Assembly (NCBI GenBank): GCA_008632985.1
Contig: QPGO01000025.1
Location: 310,001-374,000 of the forward strand
Source: Psammoneis japonica
Lineage: Eukaryota
DNA length: 64,000 nt
Direction: 5' to 3'
The position numbers were made by a program, and so were the translations under genes. Each line of letters begins with the position of its first letter. Position 1 is the first letter of the stretch. Shown piece after piece: positions 1-13,166 of this stretch. The notes below the pieces were generated by a model. It ran no database searches and was not told the DNA's origin. It saw nothing but the letters and a program-made list of their open reading frames with translations.

Positions 1-539
1 CTCCGCCGGCGTTGATGCATCTGTCAACTTTGCAAATGTGCCTGCTCTCTCACGCCACACTCCTCTTCTTCTGGCTCCTCTCCAAACTTCTCTGCTTCCA
101 CCTGTTGTTGCTCTGCCCAAGTCTGTGCTGATGAGGACAACTTCCGCTCAGCCTGCTCCAAACTCCAAACTGGCCTCCACACTCCCAGCTGCCGCTGTCA
201 CTCCCAAGTGCCTCCCTGAGACATCCTCAAGCTCTGCCCTCCCCGCTCACACCCTTCCGACACACCCGATGCTCCCTCAACTTGCTCAGCCTCTTCTCTT
301 GACAATGAGCCCATTGAGCTCTCTGCTGGTGCTCTTCTCTCTGCCCTTTCCAACAAGTGCAAACCCGCGCTGATGCTGTCGGAGAGTGTTTGCCAGTTCT
401 CCACCAATCTTTTCAAGTCCTGCACTTTCTGCTCCACCAAAACTCCCACTGGTCATTCTCAACACCCCTGCTTGCCTTTTTTCTGGGAGCTCATCCTTCT
501 TCTCCTTCGCTGCTCTCTGTCCCTCCCTCCCCATCCACT

Positions 540-1063
540 GCGCCAAAATCCATTGAATCGGCAAGCTTTTTGTGACAAACGGCAGTTGACATTTTTGATG
601 GCATGCACATCAAAACCTCCTCTGCTGTAAAATGGCAGAAGCTTCCATTGTGATTCTGGCTGTTTTGAGGAACCCAGACGTCCTTGTCCAACTCAAAAAT
701 TTGCAGCAAAGCCCAAAGTTCGTCCTTTGTTGGCCTTGTCTCCTGTTCCGCTCTGTCGTCGCATTGCAATGCATCAATTGTTGTGTCATGGTTTTTTGGA
801 ATTAGACAACCAGACATTGCTCCTTCTTCATCTAAGTCCAGCAAGGCTGAATCCAGCTCAGCACACATGATTGCCAGACCAAAGCAACGACATGCTTTTG
901 CAAGGTGCTGGATGCCAAGCAAAAGCAGGAATGTGACAGACCACGTTGACAATGAGTCTTCATTGTTTTGCACTGCATTCAGCACACTCTTGCCCATGCC
1001 AAGCTGCATCTGATGACTTTGAAGATGCAAATCCAGACCCTTCCACACCTGCTTTGCACGCAT
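540..1063 (-). pseudogene. Degenerate transposase-like remnant (possibly PIF/Harbinger N-terminal part)
   Basis: Minus-strand ORF 491..1063 reads as protein-like (ELWALLQIFEL...FTAEEVLMCM.SKMST...DFG) inside a TA/CG-depleted block. The family assignment is a weak resemblance only. Confidence 0.25.
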
Positions 1064-2194
1064 GCACTCTTTGACCGCAGAGATGACATGGCGGCCCTTT
1101 TCTTTCGTGGCAAGCTCCGCCCAGAAACTTTGTGCCTCCTCCCTGTGATGGGATTGCGCTGAACCATGCTTGTTTCAATGCATGTGGCGCACCAAGGCAA
1201 TGACACATGCAATGTCTGCAATGCAGCAGACGTCATCCATCATGCACGCTTCGCTCCTTTGGTGGTTGCAAGCAACTCGATTGTTTCTTTGCCATTGCTG
1301 TGTCTTCAAGCCTCTGCACTCCACTTCTTGTTTGCAGAAAGGCTGGCACAAAACCTGCAGAAAAAATCTGGCGTGGGCTCCTTTTCACAAAATGATGGAC
1401 ATGACTGAATGTGAATGACCTTGATGGAATTCCCAGCTCATCTGACAATCGTGTTGTCATCATGGCTGTCATGCTTCTCCGCTCCTGAACAACAGTGGTG
1501 TTGCGTCCTGTGTCACTCATTGCCGCACATTGGAAACCATCTGCCTCAACATGTCATCATCAGAAAGAACACAAATGATGTCATCAGTGTGACATCAGGG
1601 TTCTCACGCCATCAAATGCCACTCCATTGGAGATTTGACACCCAGACCTGTTTTGGTGCATGCCTTCATGTCTGTAGAATGCACTGAAATGTCAATGGTC
1701 CAAATCAAATCATGTTTGACATCTCAAAAGTGTTCCCCCATTTTGGTTCCTTGCCAATCAGAGAAACGAGGTGCGACATGTGTCATTTTAACAAACAAAC
1801 ATGCTTCAATGATCACACCCAAAACTTGCACCTCATCTTCCAAACAAACCATTGGTGCTCACCCCCCCCATGGAACAAGCAGACTCTCTCTGCTTTCCAT
1901 TGATGCATCACATGTGGGGCTGTTGTTTGCACAAAATTTCAAGTTGTCATCAATGTTCAACATCGCGGCAGATGCACATGTGTTGGATGTCAATTCACTG
2001 TGCTGGCGGCATTCGTGCAAATGTTCCACCTGCAATGCAAAGACGCGTGGACGCCTGCCATGATGTCAAATTCAATGACATTGAAACGTTGCTTTTAAAA
2101 TTGCAGAGCCTCACAAACCTTTTTCAAGAAAATGACAGGCATGTGTCTGGTCACCCAGGTGGCTCTGGGTTTATGAAAAAAAGAAGAGGAAAAG

Positions 2195-5065
2195 GAGGAG
2201 GGAGGAGAGGAGAGATGCACATTCTCTGCAGTGCTTGCAATGCATTCAGCATGCATGACGCCCAGATGATTGGTGCTTCCGATGCACCAGTGGCCACCAG
2301 CTGGAGCGCAGTCGCAGCTCTCTGCTCTGCTCTGGCAAACACTGTAAAGAACAGCAACATGCCATTGCCCATCTAAATGCATCACCCACTGCTTCATTGC
2401 TCACGGAAAATTTACACGCCCACTGCCAATGCTGCCGTTGAGATGCAACCGCATGATTGGCCAAAACTCCATCACTTTTGACAGCCGGCTCCACCTCATT
2501 TCATCCATTTCCTCTCTGGACCCATCTGGATGCAGAAAGTTCCAGAAACAGATTTCCCCAAAACAACGAACAGTGTCAGAAGACTTGTGTCATGTGGAAC
2601 ATTGGCCCAGAAAGCCATTGTGTGAGATTTGGCAGTCAAAGATGTGCACACTGGAAAATGACAGGCAAAATGAAAATGTGAGTGGAACAACGCACACAAC
2701 AACAATCCATTGGGACCACACATCACAGTGCACTCATTGGAGCACCTTTTAGAGGGAGAGCTGGGTTGCCTTCCCAATTGCATGCTCCCAACTGCCACCA
2801 GCGGTTTGTGGCATCCTTGCATCCAAGAGGAGGCGATGAGCCCACCAACACAAGCCTCAACCTCCCCATTTTACCCACTGCAAAGCCTGGACCAGTCAGC
2901 ACACTGCCAAGATCTCCCCACACAACATGGACAACCTTGTGTCTCAGATGATGAAGAGAATGATTGACTGCAGAACAGGAAAAAAGGCTCATCACAGACC
3001 AGACACCTGCACGCATGTGAACGAGACGCACAAAAAAAAGGCTCGTGAGGTGTGCAAGTTTCATCAAAACAAGTCCAACACTCAAACAATTAGAGCACAC
3101 TCATGGGATTGCCTTTTTTGGACTGTGACAAGACTGTCTGACAATTGCCAACATTGCAAGTGTCCTCCAGGCTCCATCGCATTGTTTTGTTCCAATGGCA
3201 TGCACTTTCCAAAAATTGCAACGGCCGAAACATGACATGCTGTGATCACATGCTGACCAAGCCCCCAAGAAGGACATCAAGTGCATCACAAATCCATGTT
3301 CACACACACAACAGGTGCACCAAAGGATGCAGAGTGGGGCAAAGCATGAAGATCCCAAATGGATGCGCTTTGGCAGCACCAACGACTTGAAAAACATGCC
3401 AACATCACAGATGTCACAATCGACCACATGAGACGATCAATTGACCTTGCAAGCTGTGACAAAATGCAACAACAATCTTTGGCAAGCATTCAAACGGCAC
3501 AAAATGAGAAAACATAAAAAGAACTTGCCTCGGCGGCATTGTTGACCAGTCAGATGTCACCCGTGTCGCGCCACATTTGAGCTGCGAGTCGAGGCACGCA
3601 ACCGTTCATGGCATGTGCAGCAACCAAAAAGCACCCCAGGAGACCAAACCAATGCATCAACCTCTTTGTGACAATGACAGAAAGAGATCACCCATGAAAA
3701 ATGCGCCTGCCCCACAATGTTTGCCATGCTGAGATGCATCAAAGTGCAACGGCCGTGCATGGCCGGTTTCTTGTGGTGCGGCATGCCAAATCGGGAGCAT
3801 TTGAGTGGAATGAAGAAAATGAAGAGGATTCCCTCTTTTGTGTCATTGCACAACTTGTGCCAGATTGGACTGTTCATTTCTGCTTGTCATCACAGAAATG
3901 GAATTGTGTCATTGTGGGATTCTGCACAAGTTCCAGCACATTTCCCACACAGTTTGTGAAGAGCCACACCTGCACAGCTGGGTGATTGCCTGTTCTGGCA
4001 CATGTCTGGTCATGCAGGTGGCTCCAAGTTTGTGGAAAAAAGAAGAGGCAAATGAGGAGGAGGAGCGAGAGAGGGAGAGATGCATTTGCAGTTTTCAGTG
4101 TGTGTGCAATGCGTTCAATGTGCAATGTGCACGCACGATGCACAGATGGCCAGCGCTTCTGATGCAGTCGCAGCTCTCTGCTCTAGAGAGCAAACACTCT
4201 GTGGAACAGCAACATCCATGATCCATCCAAGTGCATTGTCTGCTGCTTCATTGCTCATGGAAAATTTACATGCCCACTGATGACACCACCGCTGAGATGC
4301 AACCACACGTCAAGCCAAAACTCAATCACTTTTTGCAGAACCGGCTCTGCCTCATTTCATCCATTTCGTCTCTAGACCCAACTGGATGCAGAAAGTTCCA
4401 GCATCTAATTTCCCACATCAACAAAGAACATCAAAAGACTCAAGTCATGGAGAGCATTGGTGTGGAAAGGCAACTGTGAGCCCTTGCAGTCAAAAACATC
4501 CATGCTGAAAAATGACAGGCAAAACGAAAATGTGAGTGGAACCACACACACAACAACCATCCACTGAGGCCATGTGTCACAGCGTGCTCCCTGTGACAGC
4601 TTCCAGAGGCAGCTCTGAGATGCCCCACCCAGTTTTAAGGCCCCATGTGCTGCCAGCAGTTTGTGGCATCCGAGCATCCAAGAGGAGGCAAGGAGGCTGT
4701 CAGGGCAAGCCTCCACCTCTCCATTTTATCCGGTGCAAAGCCTGGTCTTGTGGGCACACTGCCAAGATCTCCCCATGCAATGTGGATAAAATTGTGTCTC
4801 AGACAATGAAGCAAATTGATTGCAGAGCCAGAAGAAAGGCTTGTCATAGACCAGACACCTGCATGCATGAACGAGACACACAAAAAATGGCTTGTGAGGC
4901 ACACGACTTTCATCAAAATGACTCTAAAACTCAATCAATCACAGTGCACTCGTGAGATTGTCTTCTTTGGAGCATGTGAAGTTTGTCTGACAAATGCCAC
5001 TGTCACAAGCATCTCCAAGGCTCCATCACATCATTTTGTTTCCACGGCGTGCACTTTTGAGAAAT
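2195..5065 (+). repeat. Two diverged direct copies (~2195-3240 and ~4065-5065) of a ~1-kb degenerate repeat
   Basis: Shared blocks in the same order, e.g. gcttcattgctca.ggaaaatttaca.gcccactg, ggatgcagaaagttccag, aaaatgacaggcaaaa.gaaaatgtgagtggaac and agaccagacacctgca.gcatg. Confidence 0.75.
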
Positions 5066-6001
5066 TGACATCCTTCTGTGAGACAGTTGGATGGCAGGCA
5101 GACAAAGACAATTTGAGTCCCGAATGGTGGGGAACGAGAGCTGCCAACGCACCCTGCCTCAGGTGCAACCCCAAAAAAAACCAAAAAGCACTGTGCGTGA
5201 ATTGTGCCAGCCTGGACTGATGCAGTTCATTTGAAAGTGTCCACAACTCGGGGCCCCAACAAGAACTTGGGGGCTCCGCCATTTGCTGCCCTCCCGGTGG
5301 AAAACGTTGGCCACCTTTTCTGATTGCCAGCGGAAGAAGAACAGCGGTCATTGTTTGAAACCAAGATGGCAGTGGGCGATCCCACCCACAGGGGGCTGGC
5401 AGATGAGACAGCCACTGAGAAGGCTCTGCTCCGCAGAAGTGATGATGTGGAAGCAGCGGGTGACAGGTCTGGCTGGCGAGACCCACGCCACGCAGGCACA
5501 GACTGGCACAACTGCAATGACTGGCTTTTTTCAAGTGCGCACAATCACCACGCAACAGGAGCCCAAATAAAGTGAAAAATGAACAGAGCCCAATGCATGG
5601 CAAACAAAATGGCACAGTGCCGACTGCTGCCATCATCTTGCTTGGGAGACAATGCTGCAAAAAGCAAAGCATCAACTGCTTTGAATGACAAGATCAGCCG
5701 ACCAGTGACATCATCATTTTGAACATCAAGTCTGACAGGCACTGCATGGAACCAAATGAGAGATTGATCATTGAGGGCAGCATTGGTCATTGAGGGCAGT
5801 TGAAGGAGCTCAACTCCAGCTGGTTGTTCTTGAAGAACTGAGTGACTGCAGAGCACAGTGGAAACAAAGGTCTCTGAAAAGTCTTTCAGTCTTTTTTTTT
5901 AGGAAAGATCAATCCAGCCAGGTCCTCCGAGCAGAGAAAAACTGAAATTGAACTAGCAGTGCAGACTGCCACTGGAAGAACAAATGATCAGACCAGACAG
6001 C

Positions 6002-6203
6002 TGTGATTTGATTGCAGCCATTCTGCTGTTGTAACAATCAAAGGGCTAAGAAAATTGTGTGTTAAAATAGAATGTGAACTTTTAAAGTGCGCAGTTGGTC
6101 TCTTGTCGGAAGCAAGTGCGTCAGCAAAGAATCTGGCTCTTGAATCAAGTTCAAGGACTAGGACAGTTCGCCTGTCTGTCCGTTTGACCCTAGATTCATC
6201 ACA
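6002..6203 (-). repeat. 3' LTR of the Copia element
   Basis: Direct repeat of 11786-11987 with 6 mismatched bases and TG...CA termini. Confidence 0.95.
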
Positions 6204-6236
6204 CTCCCTCTCAAGAGCCAATGCAGCGTTGTTTCC

Positions 6237-9200
6237 TTGCCAACCAAGTGTGAACTTTCGATGCCGAACGAGCAACTCTAGTGACAAAGGCTTGGTCAAG
6301 CAATCTGCAGGCTGAGCCTCGGTGTCAATTTTCACCATCTCAATCTGTCCGCTCTGGACATGTGACCGGAAGTGGTGCAACTTGACATTGAGATGCTTTG
6401 TGCGAGGTCGGCACTTGTGGACTCGCGCCATCTCTGGCACACCGCTGTTGTCCTCGAACACTCTGCAATGGATCTTGGGTTCCGCTCGATCGATCGGAAA
6501 ACCCTCTGCTTTCAATTCTTTCAGCATCTCCATCAAAGGGATCGCCTCTTGCAGGGCATGGCTCAGTCCCGTGTGTTCGCTCTCAGTTGAAGAGAGACAC
6601 ATTTCTCCCTGCAACTGGGATTTCCACGTGACCGGACATCCACCGCACATAATGACACATCCATGTCTGGACCTTGCAGTGTCTGGATTCGAAGTGTCAC
6701 TCTTGTCGAAGTTCCCCGCAAAATCCGCATCCACATAAACCTCGAGTTCCTTGGACTTGGTTGGCCGCATGACAATTCCTTTGTCCCTCGTTCCCATGAG
6801 ATGCCTGCCCAACCACCTGATTGCCTTACCGTGCTCGACTTTTGGAGCTGCTGTGAACCTCGCGCACTGGTGAATTGTGCATGAACAGTCGCTTCGGGTG
6901 CCACGCTCCAAGCAACTCAATTTTCCAATCATGCTCCGGCAGTCGAAGCTGTTGTCAAAGTCTTCTGAGTCTTGGTGTCAACCCAAAATCACGGATGATG
7001 CAGCTGGAGTGTCTTTCGTCTTGGTGTTCTTCTGGAAGTTCAGTTGCTCCAGAATTTGATCCGCTTTCCTGTCAATGTTCACCCCAAGAAAATCTTGAAT
7101 GTCGCCTTCCTCCGTTGTGTTTAGGTCTGCGCTTCGCACATCTTTCACGACTTGATCAAGCTCCTTTTTATCTGGACCAGCAAGCAAAGAATCATCCGTG
7201 TAGAGGACGCACATGCACTTTCCTCGGAAGAAGACGCACTCATCATATTTCGACTGCTTGAAGCCGAGCTTGTTGACAAGTTTGTCCACGAGATAGTCGT
7301 TCCATGCTCGGCCAGCTTGTTTCTGACCGCATGCATTTCGATGGAGTTCGAGCACATAGTCCTCCGAGTTGCCATCTTCTACCTCGAATCCCTTGGGAAT
7401 TTTCATGCAGATCTCTTGCTCGACTGGGGCCTGCAGAAACGCCAGCACGTAATCGAGTTGCTTGGTGTGCCAATTGTTCATGGCCGAGAGAATTGGCAGC
7501 ATTCGGATCGAGCTCCACGAGGCCACAGGTGCACATGTCCTGTCCGGATCGTAGTGAATTGACTTTTTCATCCTTGACCCGTCGATGTTGAGCCTCGCCT
7601 TGTACTTTTTGACTTTTCTCGTCTTGATGTCGCGTTTCCGCTTCATTTGCCACACTGCAGGCAATGCTGTGGCATCCTTGGGGATCTCGGAAATGTGTCT
7701 CACCGAGAAGTTTCGGTTCCCGATCTGATCTTGGAATTCTTTTTCCATCGCCTTGACGAACTCCTTCGCATCTTTTTCCTTCATCGCTTCGTGGTGGTGC
7801 ATGGCATCTGGGTCCGCCGTCGACTTGCAGGCATGCAAGGGATCTTCTTCGGACAATTCTTGTTGAGGACAGAGAGATTCGAATCCGAAGATCTCTCCCT
7901 CCATCTCTCCAGTGCATTCTTCAGCTCTCGCTGGCGACTCGGCGGCATGTCTTGGGTTCGGTCTACTGACACGTCCCGATCTGGTCGTCACCAGAGGCAC
8001 GTCGCGTTGCGCTGCGTCTCGTTGTTGTGCTGGAGCTTCCACGTTAGTAGCGCGCTGTGGGTCTGCCTCCTGAGCACTGGTTGGGAGGTTGCTGTCCTCC
8101 CTCTGAGTTGGCGATTCGTTCTCGCCTTGTGTTCCATTCAAGCTCGACCCATCAGGCTCTTGGTCTGTTGGTCGGCTGTCGTCGGCACTCAACCACATGG
8201 GTTGTTCCCTAGAGGATTTTCGTTTTCTCCTCTTCTTGTGGCTCTTCTTGTTCGTGAGCCTCACGCTGTTTTCGCGTTTTCTGTTGTTGGGGGTCTCGGA
8301 TGCTCCGTCAGCCTGGCCATCGGCTGGTGGATCTTCAAAGCCTGCTTTGACCTTCCATCCGATCTTCCAGCGCTCTTGTTGCGCCATGTGAAAACTCGGG
8401 TCGAATCTTACATGGAATTGTGGGCTCACTCGTCCTGTTTCGATGTCGAGGACAAGTGCTGCATTTTGGCAGTGCACTGGCGATTGGCCAAGGTAAATTC
8501 CCACGTTGGACCTTTGCTTCCACTTGTTGAAAATGTTTCCCGTCTGAAGTGCTTCTTCTAGCACCGCCACAGGACACCCAAAAGGGTGACAGTGTTTTGA
8601 GTTTACATCCACTGCGGATGAAGTGAACAGCTGGCATGCGCTTCGGCTCGCTGGATCTTTCGGTGGTGGCGTCTCGTTCAGCGCTTGATTTGCCATTCGC
8701 AATGCGTGCGGCCAGAGGTGAGGCGAGATGGCTTGTGGCCACCTCTTGTTCGCGTGAATCAATTGCGTTCTCGCCAGGTCTTGCAGATCTCGCATTTTCT
8801 TCTCTGCAATTCCATTTTGATGATGCGCATTCACTCCGGCAAAGGCAAGTCCCTGCCTTTGTTCTCGAACTGCGTTCACCCATGCCTTCGCCTTGAAAAC
8901 ACCGTTGTCGGCATGACAGTGTCGGATTTTGATTCCACTTTCTTCTGCATGCTGCTCAAATGCTCTCTTCCCTCTCAACGTCTCTTCAGCAGAGCTCGTT
9001 TGCTGGAGGTGTGCGCATCCGCAGCCTGTGGCTTGGTCAACGCACACAGTCGCGTGGTTGTAGCGGTTTTTGGTGAGTGTCCCCGTGTTCTGTGCTGCTG
9101 GTCCAGGTGTGCTCGAGACCAGCATGTCGACTGACACGACTTGTCCCGGTCTCGTAGGTGCAATTTTGTTCCTGCTCTTTTCGGTCCTTGGTCTCCATGG

Positions 9201-10110
9201 GCGCTTTGTTTGCTTCCCACAAAGGCATGCCGAGCAGACTGGGACTGGGCACTTGGCCAGCGTGGGATCGATGAGCCTCATTTTCGCCATCTGTTGCAGG
9301 CGCTTGAATGACATGTGACTGAATTTGTGATGCAGCTTCAGCAGTTTGGTGGTTTTTGTTTCTTCACCTCCATCTTGTCTGTCTTCCTCATCTGGAACAA
9401 CTGCCACCGGACTGTCTTCATCCTTCTCCCCTTGCAGATCAAATTCGGTCTGCCGTGGGGCGGCCCAGTCGATGGGTTGGGCCGCGGTGTCCAATGAGTG
9501 TAGACCTGCTTTTTGAAGGTGGGATTCTGAGAGCGTTTCGTCGTCAGCCTCGTCATCGCCAACAAGGTGAGCTTCAGAATCGTGTGCAATTGTAGGATCG
9601 TCCTCGTCGTTCGCTGAAATTTTTGCCTCTTGACAGAAAGCATCACATTTGGAGCAGCCGGGAGCCAGGGCGAACGTGGCGACGTTTGATTTCGTTTTGT
9701 CGATCGGTGTGGTTAGCTTGTGCGAATGTTGGCTCCAATGCAAAACCGTTGCGCAATGGTTGGTGGTCTCCCCTGTCCCGCCAACTGCGTCTTTTTGAGA
9801 TTGCGCCCAGTGTTGTGGACTGGGCAGTCGCGCATCCTCGTCCGTGGGTGCGTAGAACGAGTTGGGGATGCGAAACTTGTGTCGTTTTCCAGTGTCGTCT
9901 GACCAGTTCCATGCGATTGTGCCAATCATAACTCCTTTCGTTCGTGTTCCTCCGAAACCCTTGATGCAGCGATTCGATTGTCACAACGGGCCTTCGAAAT
10001 CTTCGATGAACGAAGAAATGCATCCGGAACAGTGATTGTCAACGCCGACCGGGCCTCCATCAGTGTCGAAAACGACGTCATTCGTGCATGCTGGGCAGGT
10101 CTGAGCTTTG
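6237..10110 (-). pseudogene. Copia pol: protease-like region, integrase, RT and RNase H, frameshifted
   Basis: Motifs: VFDTDGGPVGVDNHCSGCIS (protease region), HHKFSH...CPVPVCSAC (GAG-pre-integrase), VSVD/HADNG/QNGIAE (DDE integrase), KARLNIDG, GQKQAGR and YTDD (RT), YVDADFAG, LSSTESE, FEDN and ADCLTKPL (RNase H). ORFs 6978..9929 and 5988..6932. Confidence 0.93.
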
Positions 10111-10478
10111 AATGCCAAAGCCGTGCACGCGGTCCACACATTGCGAATGCCTCGTGCCAAGTTCCATCGAGTGCACTTACGGCGTCGACACTTCACGATT
10201 GCTCCCTCTAGGGAGCGAATCCGTGCTCGCATGGCTTGTGCCTCTTTCCCGTTCGGGCTGCTCTCCCCCGTCCACATGGGATTGATGAGTTTTCAGCGCT
10301 GTTGGGATCGATCTCGGCATTCATGACGACTCTTGTTCCCAGATTTTCATCGGTTCATCGGATTGGGCCGGATTGGTGAAAGGCAGGCTAGAATGTACAG
10401 CAATGGCGACCAGATCGTCTTGTGGGACTTGTGGGCTGCTCCTGTCAATCGCCTCCTCCACGTGGGTGACGTTGACAG

Positions 10479-11740
10479 TCATTCCGCATCCGAAGATGAA
10501 TCGTCTCCGCCGTTCTTGATCGCTTCCATAGCTTGTGAAATGCGGACGGTGTTCTTCGTCGTGCCGCGCTGCTCGTTGTCTTCTTCATCCCTCTTGGGAA
10601 TGAATCCGAGACCTTTGCAATCCTTGGGATGGTGAATTCGCCACTTTCCACCACATTTTCCTCCAGTGATCTTGTCACACCAATGGCGCGGCTTGCCTTT
10701 CCACATGACGGGGATCTTTTCTTTACCCTTCGCCGGTGGTTTGGCAGGACCCTTCTCCCTGCGACACCTTTTCGAGGGCTCGCGTCGTTTCTTCTTGTGA
10801 GCCTTTTTCTTTTTCTCAAGGCTCGCAATCTTGGCTGACAGAGCAATGATCTGCTCCTCTTGAGGATCGGGAGCATTCCATTCTCCATTTTCCTTCATCA
10901 TCTTGAAGCGCTCGTTTGCCACATTCATGATGTCTTCAGGAGTCATGTCTTGTCCCTCATCATGCTGCTCCTTCTTCCTGCCAATGCAGTCAACGAACTT
11001 CTTGTCCGATGCGTTGGCATGTCCCTTGAAGAGGTTTGCCAACAAGTCTTCTGCAGTCTCCCCTCGCGCGGCAAGCGCCTTCGTCATCATGAGTGCATGC
11101 TGATTGAATTTTGTGATGTCCGAGTTGATCGTGTGAACACACTTGTCCAGTGATGACAACTTGGATCTGATGCTGGACGTTTTCGCATTCGAATCGAGAT
11201 GGCTCTCGCGAATGATGACCTTGAGGAGCAGACACGCAGATGGACGTTTCTGTTGGATGGGATCTCCTTCCCTTGGCTGGAGCATGTGCTCCTTCTTGTG
11301 CATCAAGATCTTGTTTGGTGCCTGGGTGTCGAGACTCGCCATCAGACACGAACAGAACATGTGATTGTCCTGTGTCGCACGTCCTTCTTCGAAGAGGCAA
11401 GCTCTCTCGTGTTGCTCAATTTGTTCCACAGTGAGCTGTCCGCAGTTGTCCACCAGATGAGCACGATCACTGTCTTGCTCTTCGGGGTTCAAGTCGACCA
11501 GCAGAATGGACAATTCATGCTCATCGTTGTTCCATCCGCAATCGCCCGCACGTTCATCAATTGCCTCCAGAAACGAGAACAAACTCTCTGGCGTGCAATC
11601 GAACAACTTTTCACTGAGTTTGTACGTCGCTCTTTCGTAGAGCTTCCTTCCGGATGTTCTCCAACAGTCGATTGCGCCGGTCATGGCGCCTGCTGGCGTG
11701 AATGCAAATGGGACATCCTCTCCAGCAGCTGATGCGCTGC
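10479..11740 (-). CDS. Copia gag
   Basis: ORF 10479..11825 lies directly downstream of the 5' LTR and has a C-terminal WCDKITGGKCGGKWRIHHPKDC zinc-knuckle-like motif. The true start is uncertain. Confidence 0.8.
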
Positions 11741-11785
11741 TGTCAGAATCCGCCGTGGTGCAATCAGCTTGTCGCAGAGGAAGCG

Positions 11786-11987
11786 TGTGATTTGATTGTA
11801 GCTGTTCTGCTGTTGTAACAATCAAAGGGCTAAGAAAATTGTGTGTTAAAATAGAATGTGAACTTTTAAAGTGCGCAGTTGGTCTCTTGTCGGAAGTAAG
11901 TGCGTCAGTAAAGAATCTAGCTCTTGAATCAAGTTCAAGGACTAGGACAGTTCGCCTGTCTGTCCGTTTGACCCTAGATTCATCACA
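11786..11987 (-). repeat. 5' LTR of the Copia element
   Basis: Direct repeat of 6002-6203, located upstream of gag. Confidence 0.95.
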
Positions 11988-12389
11988 GACAGTCTAGCTA
12001 GCAGCGCCTGAAGAAGCATTGCGGGGAATGCACTTCGAACCCGAACTGTGCAACATGCGAGTATTTTAGCTTAGAGACTAAATAGAGAAACAGCCGGAAT
12101 CTGTATTAAAAGCTTCGGGTGATCTCACCTTTTTGCACGACGAATGACGGGTTGCCGACTGCTGCTTCGTGTCGACATTATTTGCCTTCGGATCGCTAAT
12201 CTTCGACATAACGCATTTTCAACACAACGCCCTGAAAGACGGTACGTTCTCTGGTCTCTGTTTGAACCGACCAAACAAGTGTGCAATAAGAAAGCCGTTC
12301 ACCAGCCTCCCAGTTGTTGTTCAGTCAGTCTTATTGTTTGGAAAGACAACATAGCAGTGAGAGCCGCTTAAAGGAAGCAGATTGATAAC

Positions 12390-13166
12390 ATGACTTTCAG
12401 CTCATGGCATCGAGTGTTATTGACATTGGTTGCTCTCGGGCTTCAGATTCCCCGCAGTCTTCAACATGGTGACGAGGCGGAGGAGGATACACATAGCGGT
12501 TCCGTACCATCCGAGTATCCTGAACCACTCCGCTTAGAAGGAGGCTGTTCGGACTATTTAAACGAATTGACGGTGACGGAAGATGTCATTACGTACCGTT
12601 GGACTATAAATGCCAATTCGCTGGATGCCTCCAAGAGCACCATCCGGTTTCAGTACACCTATGTCGGCGAAGGGTGGATTGGTTTCGGTCTGCAGGAAAC
12701 ACCGGGTGAGATGATTGGCGGAGAAGCTGTGATTGGCGTCCCTCAAGATGGTAGCGTCCAAAAATACAATTTGAATGGTCATTCGTTGGGTCAAGTCGTA
12801 CCCATGCCGGAAGATAAGCAAACTCTCATGGACACTAGCATTGTTCAGGACGGATCAGGAACGACCGTGCTGAGTTTTACCAAGTACTTGTCCGAAGAAG
12901 GACAAATGCCGATCAAGACAGAGGGACTTACATATGCAATGGGTGCCGTGGGTGTTAGCAATACTCTGGCAGCCCACGCACCAAATGGTCGTGGCAGTGT
13001 CGCGGTACCTTTTACTCCGGACTGCATTGACGGTGTCTTGGTGGAAAAGAAAGGCGTTACGGATAAGAATGGTTCGAGTGGAACTGTCGCCTTGACGAAC
13101 CACTACTTTCCTATCCTGTTGTCTCTGGTGGTTGTTGCTGTCGCCTCCTCTTTGGCCTCCCTTTGA
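12390..13166 (+). CDS. Secreted or membrane-anchored DOMON-domain protein
   Basis: 258-aa ORF with a signal peptide, GWIGFG...MIGGEAVIG and TTVLSFTK...AHAPNGRG DOMON motifs, and a hydrophobic C-terminus. Confidence 0.85.
   Translation: MTFSSWHRVLLTLVALGLQIPRSLQHGDEAEEDTHSGSVPSEYPEPLRLEGGCSDYLNELTVTEDVITYRWTINANSLDASKSTIRFQYTYVGEGWIGFGLQETPGEMIGGEAVIGVPQDGSVQKYNLNGHSLGQVVPMPEDKQTLMDTSIVQDGSGTTVLSFTKYLSEEGQMPIKTEGLTYAMGAVGVSNTLAAHAPNGRGSVAVPFTPDCIDGVLVEKKGVTDKNGSSGTVALTNHYFPILLSLVVVAVASSLASL

Larger units (their letters stand above)
6002..11987 (-). mobile_element. Full-length Ty1/Copia LTR retrotransposon (diatom CoDi-like), mutated and frameshifted
   Basis: 202-bp LTRs at 6002-6203 and 11786-11987 (TGTGA...TCACA). 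PPT GAGAGGGAG on the minus strand abuts the 3' LTR. Flanks GACAGC/GACAGT form a near-perfect TSD. Domain order is gag-protease-integrase-RT-RNase H. Confidence 0.95.

Noticed and set aside
1..540. C/T-rich stretch resembling the CRE-like LINE at 15.1-17.4 kb
   Set aside because: The similarity is compositional only, and no diagnostic motif was seen.
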